DNA of 64,000 nucleotides from an uncultured virus (IMG/VR IMGVR_UViG_3300009154_000048) (Duplodnaviria; Heunggongvirae; Uroviricota; Caudoviricetes). Numbering within the stretch: position 1 is the first letter of the stretch; every line of letters starts with the position of its first letter. Positions 50,577 through 61,059 of the stretch are shown here, one piece after another. The notes under the pieces were generated by a model, which searched no databases, had not been told where the DNA came from, and worked only from the letters and a program-made list of their open reading frames with translations. Made by a program: the position numbers and the translations under genes. The stretch lies in the IMG/VR virus record IMGVR_UViG_3300009154_000048; one strand, given 5' to 3'.

Positions 50577-50843
50577 CTACATCCCCAAAACAAGTATCTT
50601 CAACGCAACCTCAGAACTCATCCTAAGCCAAGCGCCACCAGGCTTGGGATCACAGACAATAACATAACCATCCACGGGCAATTTGTCTCGAACCCTCTCA
50701 ATACCCAGAGAACTACAAATCTTCTCCCACTGCCCATGAACCCAACGTAACCTACCAGTACCCACAGGACTCTGTCGCTTACGAACATTATCCCATATTC
50801 TGCCATAACGGTCACTCAATAACTCGTGCAACTTGGCTTCCAT
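50577..50843 (-). CDS. LVLG-tail paralog family member
   Basis: VCDP...EVALKILVLGM. Confidence 0.7.
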   Translation of the reverse strand: MEAKLHELLSDRYGRIWDNVRKRQSPVGTGRLRWVHGQWEKICSSLGIERVRDKLPVDGYVIVCDPKPGGAWLRMSSEVALKILVLGM

Positions 50844-50849
50844 ATTATT

Positions 50850-51560
50850 TCAATAAAAGAAACTGGATTTCTTACAAGTACACACGAGAAGCAGACAGAA
50901 CGACCCAGGCCAAAATTTGTGCAGCCCCCATCATATCCATCCAGCAAGAAGAAATCAAGAGATCATGACGAATAATACCTCATCACCCTATACAAGACAT
51001 AACAACAAACAACCAACGAAACTAAACAAAAAACAACCCTGGTGGCATCATCATGTATAAAGGTAGGACATATCGGATGGTGATTTATCTTCATGCCCTA
51101 TGTATACATAAGAACAATGAACCCACTCATCACATTACTATTCGTTGCCCTCATAATCACCGCCACCATAGGAGTAACAATACTATGGGGCGGAATACTC
51201 TACACCTTAATTAAAGATTACATCGAAAAACGTTTGTAACTCCAGATATCTTTTTTTATGCCATCCTATCGCATCTAATCCCTTGTAATATCATTAGATT
51301 ACATTAGAAGCCATTAGATTACACACGCGACGGCATACCATTTAATTAAAAAAGGGCTTTATATGCGTTAAAAATGGCTTAAAAAAAGGACGGGCTAGAC
51401 ACTTAATTTATTTAATTACAACGTATCTTACATATTGTTTGTATTTTATTTGTTTTTCTAGCCGTTTTTTTATTTGTGCAGGGGTGAATTGATTATTGGG
51501 TCTTAAACCCACTGTTTATATTATGTCTGGGTGGGATTTGGGTAAGAAACCCACGGATTA
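50850..51560. other. AT-rich, largely non-coding interval; candidate replication origin
   Basis: Strand-composition switch, CATTAGA repeats, imperfect inverted repeat. Confidence 0.45.
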
Positions 51561-51564
51561 TGAT

Positions 51565-51873
51565 TTAACTGCGTGCGTGCAATATTCGCCTGATCTTGCT
51601 GCTGATCAAATTCATTTCCTCTGCGAGTTGACGGCCATGTGTCCCCACGTCCGGCAACGCCACGCTCGCACTGTCGATCACTTGCGCCAACATCCTAAGA
51701 TCTTCCGGATTACCCTTGAGGTTCAAGTCTAACTTGGAGAAGTTGCGAATTTTTCTACTCAAAGAAACCAGCATTTCTATCTTATCGTTATCGGGGATTC
51801 CCCCAACATCCACAAGGGTAAGCATACGCTCTGTCGCCCTATCAATCAGACTGACAACCTCATAAAATTCCAT
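51565..51873 (-). CDS. Hypothetical protein
   Basis: ORF with RBS. Confidence 0.6.
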   Translation of the reverse strand: MEFYEVVSLIDRATERMLTLVDVGGIPDNDKIEMLVSLSRKIRNFSKLDLNLKGNPEDLRMLAQVIDSASVALPDVGTHGRQLAEEMNLISSKIRRILHARS

Positions 51874-51930
51874 TTTTATTCCTGTTCCGGGTGTTTTACA
51901 TTATGTTTGGGTAGGATTTGGGTTTGTAGA

Positions 51931-52254
51931 TTAGGCGTCTGGTAGGTGGTTCAATGCGAGTATGGTTAATGCCTTGTTCTTTGGTATTTCCACCCAGTAT
52001 TTTTCGAGGATTAAAAATCCGTTCTTTGACAGTCCGGATTGTCCTAGGAGTACAAGAAAGGACTGGCTTCCGGCTTCGGGTTTCCTACAGTCGTTGTTGG
52101 TGTGGTCTCCTATGGCTTGTTCATACCTAACCATGACCGTGTTGTACCCTTTTTTCCGGAGCGATTCCGGCTCGATGGGGTCGAATTCACCGAGTCCGAG
52201 GGTGGAGGCGATGATCTTTCTGATTTTCTTCTGGGTTTTTGGTCCGAAGTTCAT
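51931..52254 (-). CDS. LVLG-tail paralog (divergent)
   Basis: IPKNKALTILALNHLP. Confidence 0.6.
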   Translation of the reverse strand: MNFGPKTQKKIRKIIASTLGLGEFDPIEPESLRKKGYNTVMVRYEQAIGDHTNNDCRKPEAGSQSFLVLLGQSGLSKNGFLILEKYWVEIPKNKALTILALNHLPDA

Positions 52255-52288
52255 GCTTTTTGGATTTCTTGAAGCGGGCCTATGGCTT

Positions 52289-52684
52289 TCAGTCGATGCT
52301 GTGCCATTGTTTGTATGCTTCTAGCATTTCTGGGTGTGCTATTCTCACTAGATTCAGTACGAGACTTTCGTAGTTACTGATTATTTGTTTGAGGTTGCTC
52401 GTGCTTGCGTATTGGGTCCATTTGTCGGTCGCCCCGGTTTCGTCTAGGACGCTCAATATTCTGCCCGTGTATAGGTTATTTTGGTCGGTTGGCGACATTC
52501 CTGGGTATTGTTTTCCGGGGAATTCTTCTTCAAATTTTGTTAACCATGCTTTGAATTCGGGTGAGTTTTGGTCTATCGCTGGTTCTTGGTTTTGATCTCC
52601 CCGATCTCTGGATCCTTCAAAGTCCTCTGCGCCGTACTCGTTGATGAGTCCCGCCAGATAGAGGGAGTAGTTTGATTTTTTCAT
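52289..52684 (-). CDS. Hypothetical protein, possibly late/virion-internal
   Basis: LAGLINE N-terminus; CATAGATA upstream. Confidence 0.6.
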   Translation of the reverse strand: MKKSNYSLYLAGLINEYGAEDFEGSRDRGDQNQEPAIDQNSPEFKAWLTKFEEEFPGKQYPGMSPTDQNNLYTGRILSVLDETGATDKWTQYASTSNLKQIISNYESLVLNLVRIAHPEMLEAYKQWHSID

Positions 52685-52983
52685 GGTATTCCTCTGGTTT
52701 TATTATCTTCGTATCTATGTAGGCTTTATTGGAGTATTTTATGCTCCGCCGTAGTATTCTTGTTCGGGTTCTGGGTCTGGCTTTGGGTCTGGTTCTTGTT
52801 TGAATTGGCTGAAGACTACGACGCTTGCCATGGCTTTTTCGAAGTTTCCTATTTCTTCAACGAATTTTTGGGCTTTGACTAAATCTTCGACAGACACTTG
52901 GCGGAGGGCTTTTGGATCGGGGGATGCCATCTTGGAGTTCTTTCCTTGTGTGGTTCAATTCAAATCTCTACGCTGTTGTAGAT

Positions 52984-53280
52984 TTAAGGCAAAGTTCCTA
53001 GCACGACCATTTTTGTAGCCACTTTAAGTGGGATTTTTAAAATATACTCGCCTGTTTTTCTGCATGGGCATCTTGTATAAATAAAATTGTTTGTTGGCGA
53101 ATTCACGATGTTGAAAAGATCTTTATCTGTGGCGTAATTTTCGTCGAAATATACCTTGATGTATTGTATTTCGTACTTTTTTAATAAATCATCCCATTTG
53201 TCCATATATTCGACATCTTTTTCATACCTTCGTTTGCGTAGCAGTTCGTAAACTTTTATTGCAAGTTCTGGGCTTTTCAT
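52984..53280 (-). CDS. LVLG-tail paralog family member
   Basis: IPLKVATKMVVLGTLP. Confidence 0.7.
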   Translation of the reverse strand: MKSPELAIKVYELLRKRRYEKDVEYMDKWDDLLKKYEIQYIKVYFDENYATDKDLFNIVNSPTNNFIYTRCPCRKTGEYILKIPLKVATKMVVLGTLP

Positions 53281-53283
53281 GGT

Positions 53284-53577
53284 TTAGGGCGTTCCTAAGA
53301 CTGCTATTTTTTCTGCTAGTTCTTTGGGGACCATGAGGAATTGGTATCCTCCGATGGACTTCACGACGCTTGAGAAGGGGTCGCCGCAGATTATGTAGTC
53401 TGTGCCTTCATTCACTAGTTCTGCTAGTTCGTCGGCGGCATCGTGGGAATCGTAGTAGTCTTTTGGGAGTATGCTGATTCTTTTAAGGTATTGGGACCAG
53501 AGTTTGTAATCCTTGAAATCCTCGCATTTGTTCTCTAGGACTTCGTAGACTTTTTCGGCAAGTTCCGAGTTTGTCAT
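53284..53577 (-). CDS. LVLG-tail paralog family member
   Basis: VPKELAEKIAVLGTP. Confidence 0.7.
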   Translation of the reverse strand: MTNSELAEKVYEVLENKCEDFKDYKLWSQYLKRISILPKDYYDSHDAADELAELVNEGTDYIICGDPFSSVVKSIGGYQFLMVPKELAEKIAVLGTP

Positions 53578-53810
53578 GGCACACCTAGTACGAGGAATTT
53601 TTCTGCTACTTCTTTTGGTATTTGGAGTCTTTCTCCAAAAACAAAAGGACTATCAATAAAAACACGTTTTTTTGAGTCAGACCCGCTCAGCCTGATGTCG
53701 AAATTTTCATAGAACTCACATAGGACGAAATAATCCCTCCCCGTACCCGACCAACGCCAGTCGTGCAGAGTGTTGTAGAGACGTTCTTTGGCTTTAGTGT
53801 CCCACTTCAT
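53574..53810 (-). CDS. LVLG-tail paralog family member
   Basis: MKWD...; IPKEVAEKFLVLGVP. Confidence 0.75.
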   Translation of the reverse strand: MKWDTKAKERLYNTLHDWRWSGTGRDYFVLCEFYENFDIRLSGSDSKKRVFIDSPFVFGERLQIPKEVAEKFLVLGVP

Positions 53811-53853
53811 GGTCTTGCTCCTTGTTTCTTTTAAGCCATCTGATATTAAAGAA

Positions 53854-54243
53854 TCAGGGCGCACCTAGTACGAGGAACTTTTCTGCTACTTCCTTGGGAA
53901 TTTTGAGATGTTCTACCTCTGGGCTGGTTTCTTCGCCTTGGCCATGATGTCTGACGTAATGTGTGGTTAGAGACACAAGGCTGGGATAGACTTCGACCCA
54001 GAATTCTTCCTCGATCTTTTCCATGATCTTTTGGATAGAGAATTTGGGATTTTTCTGCAATTGATAGCGGATTAATTGCGATTTATTCTGTTCGAGATTG
54101 ATTGGGATAAGAATATATTCCCGGTTTTCTTTTTCTCCCAAGGGGGCCTTTATGATATCGACCCCTAGATTTTGAAGTCTATCGTGATTTGCTCCTTTTA
54201 GGAGGTCATTAAGTCTCTTCTTATTTTCTTTATTCCACCTCAT
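53854..54243 (-). CDS. LVLG-tail paralog family member
   Basis: MRWN...; IPKEVAEKFLVLGAP. Confidence 0.75.
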   Translation of the reverse strand: MRWNKENKKRLNDLLKGANHDRLQNLGVDIIKAPLGEKENREYILIPINLEQNKSQLIRYQLQKNPKFSIQKIMEKIEEEFWVEVYPSLVSLTTHYVRHHGQGEETSPEVEHLKIPKEVAEKFLVLGAP

Positions 54244-54601
54244 GGTATGCTCCTTGTTTCTTCTAAACCGTCTGGTTTTAATAACAACGTCTTGTAGAGT
54301 TTTGTTGTCAATCATTATTTTTTCTCCAGTAAATAAGTTCCATTATCATTGAGGGTTAAAATTAGATTATTTAGTTCAAATACAACGGTATTTGCAATAG
54401 TATTTTCTCTATAAACATAAGGATCAAACTCAATACTATGTGGATAGTCTTGAGAGTTTTCAACCTCTTTTGCGAATTCTTGGAAATGCTTAATTTGCAA
54501 ATCATTAGTCATTATTTTTCTCCAGGTGTGTTAAAATATCAACAGCAATATTTAAAAGATAACTACATTGATTATGACTCATTGGTCTAAGAATTCAGGG
54601 C

Positions 54602-54889
54602 TTATGGTATTCCTAGTGCGAGAAATTTTTCTGCGATGTCTTTGGGGATGCTGAGTCCGTCCATACGGTCTCCACCAGGATCGCCGACGATAATGCGGTC
54701 CTTGCTTTGGGCGTTCACCCACTTTCCGTCTTTTTTTTCTTGCCAAGCCCGCGTTAACTTCGAAACTTGTACGACAGAATGTCTGGCTCTCCATTCCTCG
54801 CGATCACGCCCCGATGTCATGACATTATGGTGAATTACCAGAGCCTTGTACAACTTCTTCTTGTTTTCGTTGTTCCATTTTATGGTCAT
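54602..54889 (-). CDS. LVLG-tail paralog family member
   Basis: KWN..NKKKLY; IPKDIAEKFLALGIP. Confidence 0.75.
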   Translation of the reverse strand: MTIKWNNENKKKLYKALVIHHNVMTSGRDREEWRARHSVVQVSKLTRAWQEKKDGKWVNAQSKDRIIVGDPGGDRMDGLSIPKDIAEKFLALGIP

Positions 54890-55184
54890 TTGTCCACCAA
54901 TCAATTAAATGTATCGGAAACAACATATCTCCGACCTTCGGAAATAGTATCAATAAGTCCCCAATTCTTGAGTTTTTGAAGAGCAATATCCATAGACTTG
55001 CGAGTAGTTGCCCTGACCACTGCTCTTTTCTGGCCCACATAACAACTGCTGCCTGTGTATGCCCAGATGCCAGAGGACTTGTCCGTGATGTACTTGCCAA
55101 AACCGGCCAAGTCAGCCTCGCCATTCCAATCCAACTTGTACCTATATTTGATCTTCATTGTTTTTTGGTTCTTCATTGTATTCA

Positions 55185-55676
55185 TTAAGACAACTCTCGT
55201 TTCCTTTGTTCCAATTTTTCTATATCTGACTTCATTTTTTTTAGCTTCGACTTCAAAGCCTTTATTTTTTGGCTGATCTCTTGGGTTTTGGACTTGCTTT
55301 CTTGGCTGCGTGGTGTGTGATTTTTGATATTGTAGAGGTCGAGTATGATTCGGTTGAGCCTTTTCATGTCCTTTTCGGCGGCTTTGTGGGGGTTCTCAAA
55401 CTCTCTGCGAGTGAAAAATTCATCATCCCCTTGTTTCCAATAGTAAAGTTCCCATCCGTTAGCGATCAAGTACGTCCGTTCTGGCTTGCGTAGGGTTGGA
55501 TTCATTTTCTTCGAGCGGAACTGGATTGAATGGTTGTTTTGCTTGAAGATAAAGCCAAGGAACTCTTCCATCCAATCTGCGTCTATTTCGCTATTGTTGA
55601 ACTTACGCTTGACGAGGGATTCTGCCACCGAGCGGAAACTCATTCCGAGCAGGATTTGCGTTCGTATTGTCTTCAT
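55185..55676 (-). CDS. Hypothetical protein, paralog of 56823..57407
   Basis: ID..WME.F....F..N.H and LN..IL..Y.IK shared. Confidence 0.65.
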   Translation of the reverse strand: MKTIRTQILLGMSFRSVAESLVKRKFNNSEIDADWMEEFLGFIFKQNNHSIQFRSKKMNPTLRKPERTYLIANGWELYYWKQGDDEFFTRREFENPHKAAEKDMKRLNRIILDLYNIKNHTPRSQESKSKTQEISQKIKALKSKLKKMKSDIEKLEQRKRELS

Positions 55677-55716
55677 ATGTGCCTTTCTTCTTACTAAACC
55701 ATCTGGGGTTGAGAAA

Positions 55717-56016
55717 TCAGGGCACGCCTAGTACGAGGAATTTTTCTGCTACTTCTTTGGGGATGCTGAAGGCTTCGTGCCATACGGCGTGGGCATCCGT
55801 CAGTTGTTTGCTCATTTCGACGATAACGCAATTTTTAGGCGGCTTTGGCTTCTTTGTTTCCCTTATTCCATGACCATTCACCCAGACGATTTTGCGGTCT
55901 ACGAATTGTATGTTGAATTCGTTGAGGAAACTGTCGGGGACTGTTCCGAAGGGGTGCTTAAATTTTTCTTCTAGGAGCCAGTACAGCCTATGTTCCTTGT
56001 CTTTGTCCCACTTCAT
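55717..56016 (-). CDS. LVLG-tail paralog family member
   Basis: MKWD...; IPKEVAEKFLVLGVP. Confidence 0.75.
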   Translation of the reverse strand: MKWDKDKEHRLYWLLEEKFKHPFGTVPDSFLNEFNIQFVDRKIVWVNGHGIRETKKPKPPKNCVIVEMSKQLTDAHAVWHEAFSIPKEVAEKFLVLGVP

Positions 56017-56384
56017 GGCGCACCTAGTACGAGGAATTTTTCTGCGATTTCCTTGGGGATTTCCAAGCCTGCGTCCCATCTTCCTTTGTAGTTGCTGTCG
56101 TAGGGACTGGGGATGACGATGGTGTTTTTCCTTCGTTTATAATGGGGGATTGGGTCGCCGATTTTCCATTTGTGTCGGTGGTTTTCGGCTAAGGTTATGG
56201 TCTTCCATTTGCAGTCCCAATTTACCATCTTGATTTCGAAGGCGTCCAAGAAGTTGTTTATTTCTTGGGAGAATGCCCATCCCCAAGTGTCGCCGTCACG
56301 GTTGCGTAGGTCTGAGAGGATCTGATCCAATTTCTCCTTGACGAGGGACCGCAGTTGTTCTTTTATTTTCTTATCCCACTTCAT
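56013..56384 (-). CDS. LVLG-tail paralog family member
   Basis: MKWD...; IPKEIAEKFLVLGAP. Confidence 0.75.
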   Translation of the reverse strand: MKWDKKIKEQLRSLVKEKLDQILSDLRNRDGDTWGWAFSQEINNFLDAFEIKMVNWDCKWKTITLAENHRHKWKIGDPIPHYKRRKNTIVIPSPYDSNYKGRWDAGLEIPKEIAEKFLVLGAP

Positions 56385-56734
56385 GGCACACCTAGCACGA
56401 GGAATTTTTCTGCTACTTCCTTGGGGATACTGAGGCCGTCTGTGCATCCTCTAAGCCTCAATTTGGGATAGGTTTCGCTTTGTCCCCACCATGGATCTAG
56501 GATTATGACGCGATCCTTGTCTCTGGCGGGTGAATTGGTGTGCGGCTTCATCCACAAACTGGCGGCTCTGGTCATGTTGACCCGGTTCTTCAGCCTTTTT
56601 CCCTTTTGTACCTTTTCAATTCCAAACTCATTCAAGAAGGTATTATAAAAGACCCCCGCTGGATGGGACATTTTCTGGAACCTCAAAAAGATCAGCCGAT
56701 ACAGCCTATCCTTGTTTTTACTGTCCCACTTCAT
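56381..56734 (-). CDS. LVLG-tail paralog family member
   Basis: MKWD...; IPKEVAEKFLVLGVP. Confidence 0.75.
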   Translation of the reverse strand: MKWDSKNKDRLYRLIFLRFQKMSHPAGVFYNTFLNEFGIEKVQKGKRLKNRVNMTRAASLWMKPHTNSPARDKDRVIILDPWWGQSETYPKLRLRGCTDGLSIPKEVAEKFLVLGVP

Positions 56735-56822
56735 GGTCTTGCTCCTTGTTTCTTCTAAACCATCTGGGGGTGAGAAATCAGGCCAGGAGGCTCTGGCTTG
56801 CGTTCTGTGGCCTTTTTTTATT

Positions 56823-57407
56823 TTATTGGGGTCGTGGGGGCCTTTTTGTCTTTGGGGGCTTTAATCGCGATTTAGGGCTTTTCTTTATGCCGTAGAAGTT
56901 GAGGATGAATTTATTAAGTATTTCTGCGTCGTGTTGTGCGTCTTTCTTTTGTCGATCCAAGTTTGAAGAGAAGTATAATAAGTCTTCAAGTGGCTTGAGA
57001 ATGGCGATCCATGATTTTGATGAGTTCAACTGCCAAGTTGGGCTTTTTACACATATGACCTTGAAATGTAGATCGTGGTCGTTTTTCTCGAAGAGAAGTC
57101 GGATGAAATTTTCCATCCATTCGAGGTCGATTTTGTGATTTTTGATTTTTTTGACTGTTTTCAGTCCTACATGGGCTGCTTCTTTGAAGCCTAGGCCGAG
57201 GTTTATTGCTGTGCGGAGGTCTTTGGTCTTTATGCCTTTTGTTTTATTTTCGAGACGTTTATGTTCTGCTTCTGTGGCGGCTCTTCTTTTGGCTTGAATA
57301 ATTGATACGGCTTGTCCTACTGCTGCCGTACTTGAGTTTGCGAGGGACTTTAGTGCGTTTATCTGTGTGAAGATGTTAGACATTTGGGCTTTTGTTATTT
57401 GTTTCAT
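56823..57407 (-). CDS. Hypothetical protein, paralog of 55185..55676
   Basis: Shared motifs as above. Confidence 0.65.
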   Translation of the reverse strand: MKQITKAQMSNIFTQINALKSLANSSTAAVGQAVSIIQAKRRAATEAEHKRLENKTKGIKTKDLRTAINLGLGFKEAAHVGLKTVKKIKNHKIDLEWMENFIRLLFEKNDHDLHFKVICVKSPTWQLNSSKSWIAILKPLEDLLYFSSNLDRQKKDAQHDAEILNKFILNFYGIKKSPKSRLKPPKTKRPPRPQ

Positions 57408-58097
57408 TGGTGGCTCAAGGCTTGATGTTTGTATTCTTCTTCCCATTTGTAGTCGAGGATTAATTCTGCTGCTTCTTTTATTGCTTCTCTTTGTTCATTG
57501 GTCATGAGGAGTTCGATAGTTTTTGAGCATTCTTGTGTGTTTGCGTTGATTTCTACACTAAGGATTTTGTAGTGGGTGGGGCTTGCTTGTTCTGATGCGC
57601 CGGGGCTATCCCCACTTGGATCCCATCCTGGGTCGATTTCGGCGTTGATTTCGACTTCGACTTCTATGTCTGCGTTTTGGAGGATTGCTTCTAGGCACTT
57701 GTAATTTTCTGGGAGGTTTAGATCTTTTGTGATGTGGACTATGGATGGGAAGCGGACGTTGTATGATCTGATTGGCATTATTGGCTCAGTTTATTTTTTG
57801 CTTGGTTTAGAACGTCTTTGATCCATTTTTTGCTTGGGTTGTAGTCTAGGTGCATTTCGAGCATATTGATTCTTTCGACTATGTCCGAGTTGTTGTTTAA
57901 GCAGTCGGGTTCTTCGAGTGGTTCGCCTTCTGGTGATTCTTCATGTTTAGCGTAATCGAATGATTTATTAAACACTTCTAGTATTGTTTCTTCGTTGATT
58001 TTCTTTCTGATGTCTAGGTCGTGTTTTAGTTTCAAGATATAGTAACCTTGGGCTATGAGAACCCAAACTACGATGACAGAGGGGATAATTATCTTTT

Positions 58098-58535
58098 TCA
58101 TTTTTCTACGTTATTAGGGAATTTGACGGATGTTTTACGGAGTGTTTCTTTGTCTGGGGTGAGGTAGAATTGTGATTGGAGGTATTCAAACTTCTTCTTG
58201 TATTTTTCAAGAAGATTTATTTGAATATCCTCCAAGTCTGTCTTTCTCTTTCGTCCAGAAAGATCACGGCGAAATGCGTCCCGGCCTTTCAAGAGCTTTT
58301 CGATAGACTTTAATACGCACTCTGTTATCTCAAAATTAGGAAATCTGTATCCTACTGGACAGGTTTTATAAGGTTCGCAATTGGGTTCAAGTTGCAGTTG
58401 TGTTATTACGTGCATTGCGGCGATTTTTTCATCTACTGTTCCTTTCTCAACGGTGTTCTTGAAGAAGTCTTCCAGTTCACAAAGCCAATTCACAGCGTCA
58501 TCATTTTGTATCGGCCCGTCGCCCCAATCGCCCAT
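58098..58535 (-). CDS. DUF4259-like protein
   Basis: MG.WG.GP..ND.A..W N-terminus. Confidence 0.55.
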   Translation of the reverse strand: MGDWGDGPIQNDDAVNWLCELEDFFKNTVEKGTVDEKIAAMHVITQLQLEPNCEPYKTCPVGYRFPNFEITECVLKSIEKLLKGRDAFRRDLSGRKRKTDLEDIQINLLEKYKKKFEYLQSQFYLTPDKETLRKTSVKFPNNVEK

Positions 58536-58559
58536 GTTGCTTTCCTTCCGCGTTAATAT

Positions 58560-59084
58560 TTATTCGTCTTCGTCGTCCTCGTCGTCATCTCCGGCATCGG
58601 CGTCCAAAAGGGATTGTAAGTCCTCTTCATCCCCCCACACCTTGTGTTGTTTCAACTGTCTTTCCCACTCTTCGTCATCCTCATCCTCATCATCGTCTTC
58701 GTCTTCGTCTTCGTCTTCGTCAACTTCTTCCCAATTTTCTTCGTCCTCGTCCTTGATTTCTTCGGTCAAGGGCATATTTTTATCGAATAGCACATAGATT
58801 TTGTTAGGGCTGATTCTGACTCCTATAACGTCCGTGTCTTCGTCTAGTTCGTTATTAATCGCTTCTGTGAGTGCTGCATGGAAGGCACTTGGGTAGTGTT
58901 TTGCCTTTTCTCTTAGTTCTGCGGCGACAGATTCGTTTGACATTCTAGAGGTAGGGATAGGGAATCCACCGAATTGGATAAGGTGTCTTAGGCAATTATC
59001 ATCCTTCATTCGATTGAAGTGATAATTGGTAAGTGTGCTATTGGCTTGATCGGCAGAGATTTCTACGACTTTTCTTGTGTTCAT
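58560..59084 (-). CDS. Hypothetical protein with a highly acidic tail
   Basis: D/E-rich C-terminus. Confidence 0.65.
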   Translation of the reverse strand: MNTRKVVEISADQANSTLTNYHFNRMKDDNCLRHLIQFGGFPIPTSRMSNESVAAELREKAKHYPSAFHAALTEAINNELDEDTDVIGVRISPNKIYVLFDKNMPLTEEIKDEDEENWEEVDEDEDEDEDDDEDEDDEEWERQLKQHKVWGDEEDLQSLLDADAGDDDEDDEDE

Positions 59085-59744
59085 TTTTTATTCCTTGGGT
59101 TTTGTTTAGGTCAAACAATCGTATCAAAATCGAAAAAACATGACAACAACACTTGATTTTCTTGGATATTAGCCACTGCGCTAATCAAGTTTGGAAAAAG
59201 TTTATCAGAGTATCCGTCCCAAATGGTGCAAGAATATCCGCGATCTAAGTCATGTTCGCCAACAATAAAGGACAAGAAATCCATATCGTCCATGCTCTTC
59301 GCAGTTTTTACTGTTTGGGCGATGCTATTCAACCAATCAAAGGCTTCATCAAAAAACTGAATAGGATCTAATTCTTCTCTATCCTGGTCAACATAGAATG
59401 TTCCAGTGTTAGAGTTGTAGCATTCATAAATCTTGATAAGGTATCCAAGACCATTACTGATAAAATCTTCGGTATTTTTCTTGCTTTGTTTGATGTGTTC
59501 AATGTCTTTTTCAATTGCACTGAGTAGAACGACCTTGTATTCAAAGTTTTTGATGGCTTGTTCTGGGCAATCAGAACCATATGCGCAAAAATGCGGGGAT
59601 CTAACAATAAAATTGTCGTAGTCCCATTCCTTCTGATTGGAACTAACAACAAGTTCTAATTTCTCGCCACAGAGGTTGGAGACTTCATCAAGAGTAGGAA
59701 TTGTTGTATTCTTCATTTTTTCTTCCTTGGGGTTTATTAACTGG

Positions 59745-60638
59745 CTAGGCACAAATCTTTTCGCACTTTAGAGCGCCGTTCTTGACGGCCCAATCGATGA
59801 TTTTCTTTTTGATTTCGGAGATGTCTTGGACGGCGATGAGGGGGTCTGGACCTTCGTTCTTATTTTCGGAGAACCAGAGTGTTTCGAGACCTTGGGCGTC
59901 TCTAAAGCATAGGAAGGAGGGAATCCAATAAATGTTGCCGTGGCTGTCTGGGCTTGAAGACTTATTTGGGAATTCCTCGTCAAGAAGTTTTTCGATACCC
60001 CGCAAATTCTTAATTGGTCCGTGTCCGTTGCTTGTGTAGATATTGTAATCCAAAAATTCATCGACGCGAGTGCCGTGTTCTTCTAGCACAAAGTCTCCGA
60101 GTCCTTGGATGAACTCAAGAATATTCTTCATGTTTTCCTTGATGACGTTGCATTCCCGCAACTGTTTGCCTTCTGCGGCTTTGATCATGTAGTCTCGTTC
60201 GCGGACTGCGGCGTCGAGCATATTGGAGGGCAGATTCTTATTGCTACGGTCTTCACGGAGTTTTTTATCAAGGGCTTTGTATTCATCGTCAGAGACAAGT
60301 GGGTTTACATGGCGCAAAATCTTAGACTTATTATCCCAGTTGTCTTCGACTGCCTTGTTCTTATACACACAGTTCAATTCACATCTTCCGCCAAGCACAA
60401 TCGCAGAGGGCGCCAACCAAGTCCCTTCTTCATTGTAAGGATATCTGTTCAAGACTTTGGCAATATTTTGCAAGCCGCTGACGTTAGACAAATAAATATT
60501 CTCTTCAAAAAAATCTGAGAGACATCCTGTGTTGTCGGTCAAAGGAATGTGCCCGATTTCCTTGAGAAAATCGAGAAGTTCCATGATCCGAGCGTTGATC
60601 CGCAAACAATCATCGTACTGCTGGCGAGCGTTTTCCAT
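59745..60638 (-). CDS. Two-domain internally duplicated protein, 'V-x-NG' tail family
   Basis: NIY.SN..G...I.K.L twice; IDWAVKNGA. Confidence 0.7.
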   Translation of the reverse strand: MENARQQYDDCLRINARIMELLDFLKEIGHIPLTDNTGCLSDFFEENIYLSNVSGLQNIAKVLNRYPYNEEGTWLAPSAIVLGGRCELNCVYKNKAVEDNWDNKSKILRHVNPLVSDDEYKALDKKLREDRSNKNLPSNMLDAAVRERDYMIKAAEGKQLRECNVIKENMKNILEFIQGLGDFVLEEHGTRVDEFLDYNIYTSNGHGPIKNLRGIEKLLDEEFPNKSSSPDSHGNIYWIPSFLCFRDAQGLETLWFSENKNEGPDPLIAVQDISEIKKKIIDWAVKNGALKCEKICA

Positions 60639-60660
60639 TTCATTGTCTCCTTGTGATGGT

Positions 60661-61002
60661 TTAACTGTCTGGGTTAGAGTTTTCAGGAGAATCTTCTGGG
60701 ATTGGTATGAAACCGTGGTCCGAGCAGATTTGTTCCCAATTTTCTGGGATTGGCATGAAGCCTAGCGTGAGGATTTTTTCGAGTTGTTCTCTATCAATTC
60801 CGATGTAGAGGGAGGGTCTTCCTAGGCTTGCGAACCAGTCTAGTAGGACCCAGACGGTCTTTTTGGTATTTCTTGGCTTGGTTTTTTGGACTTTTGTTTG
60901 AAAGCCCAATTTTTCCATGAGTGGAGCGTTGCTGGGGCTATGGAATGGTCCCAGTCCAGCGTCTTTGACGATGATTTCGATAATTTTTCTGGACGGGTGC
61001 AA
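60661..61002 (-). CDS. LVLG-tail paralog (divergent)
   Basis: EQLEKILTLGFMP. Confidence 0.55.
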   Translation of the reverse strand: MHPSRKIIEIIVKDAGLGPFHSPSNAPLMEKLGFQTKVQKTKPRNTKKTVWVLLDWFASLGRPSLYIGIDREQLEKILTLGFMPIPENWEQICSDHGFIPIPEDSPENSNPDS

Positions 61003-61059
61003 GTTTAATAACCTCTCTGCATCCAGTGATTGTAGGTCGTTTTCCGGTGGTGTAAAGCA

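Noticed and set aside
55754..55773. 17/20 contiguous match to the concatenated NN string of the unit at 47693
   Set aside because: It was found by eye among many units and orientations and is plausibly chance. It also assumes ungapped pairing, so it needs a statistical test.
53574..56734. Diversity-generating retroelement behind the LVLG family
   Set aside because: No reverse transcriptase is in the window, variation is not adenine-specific, and the shared 3' end is the conserved part.
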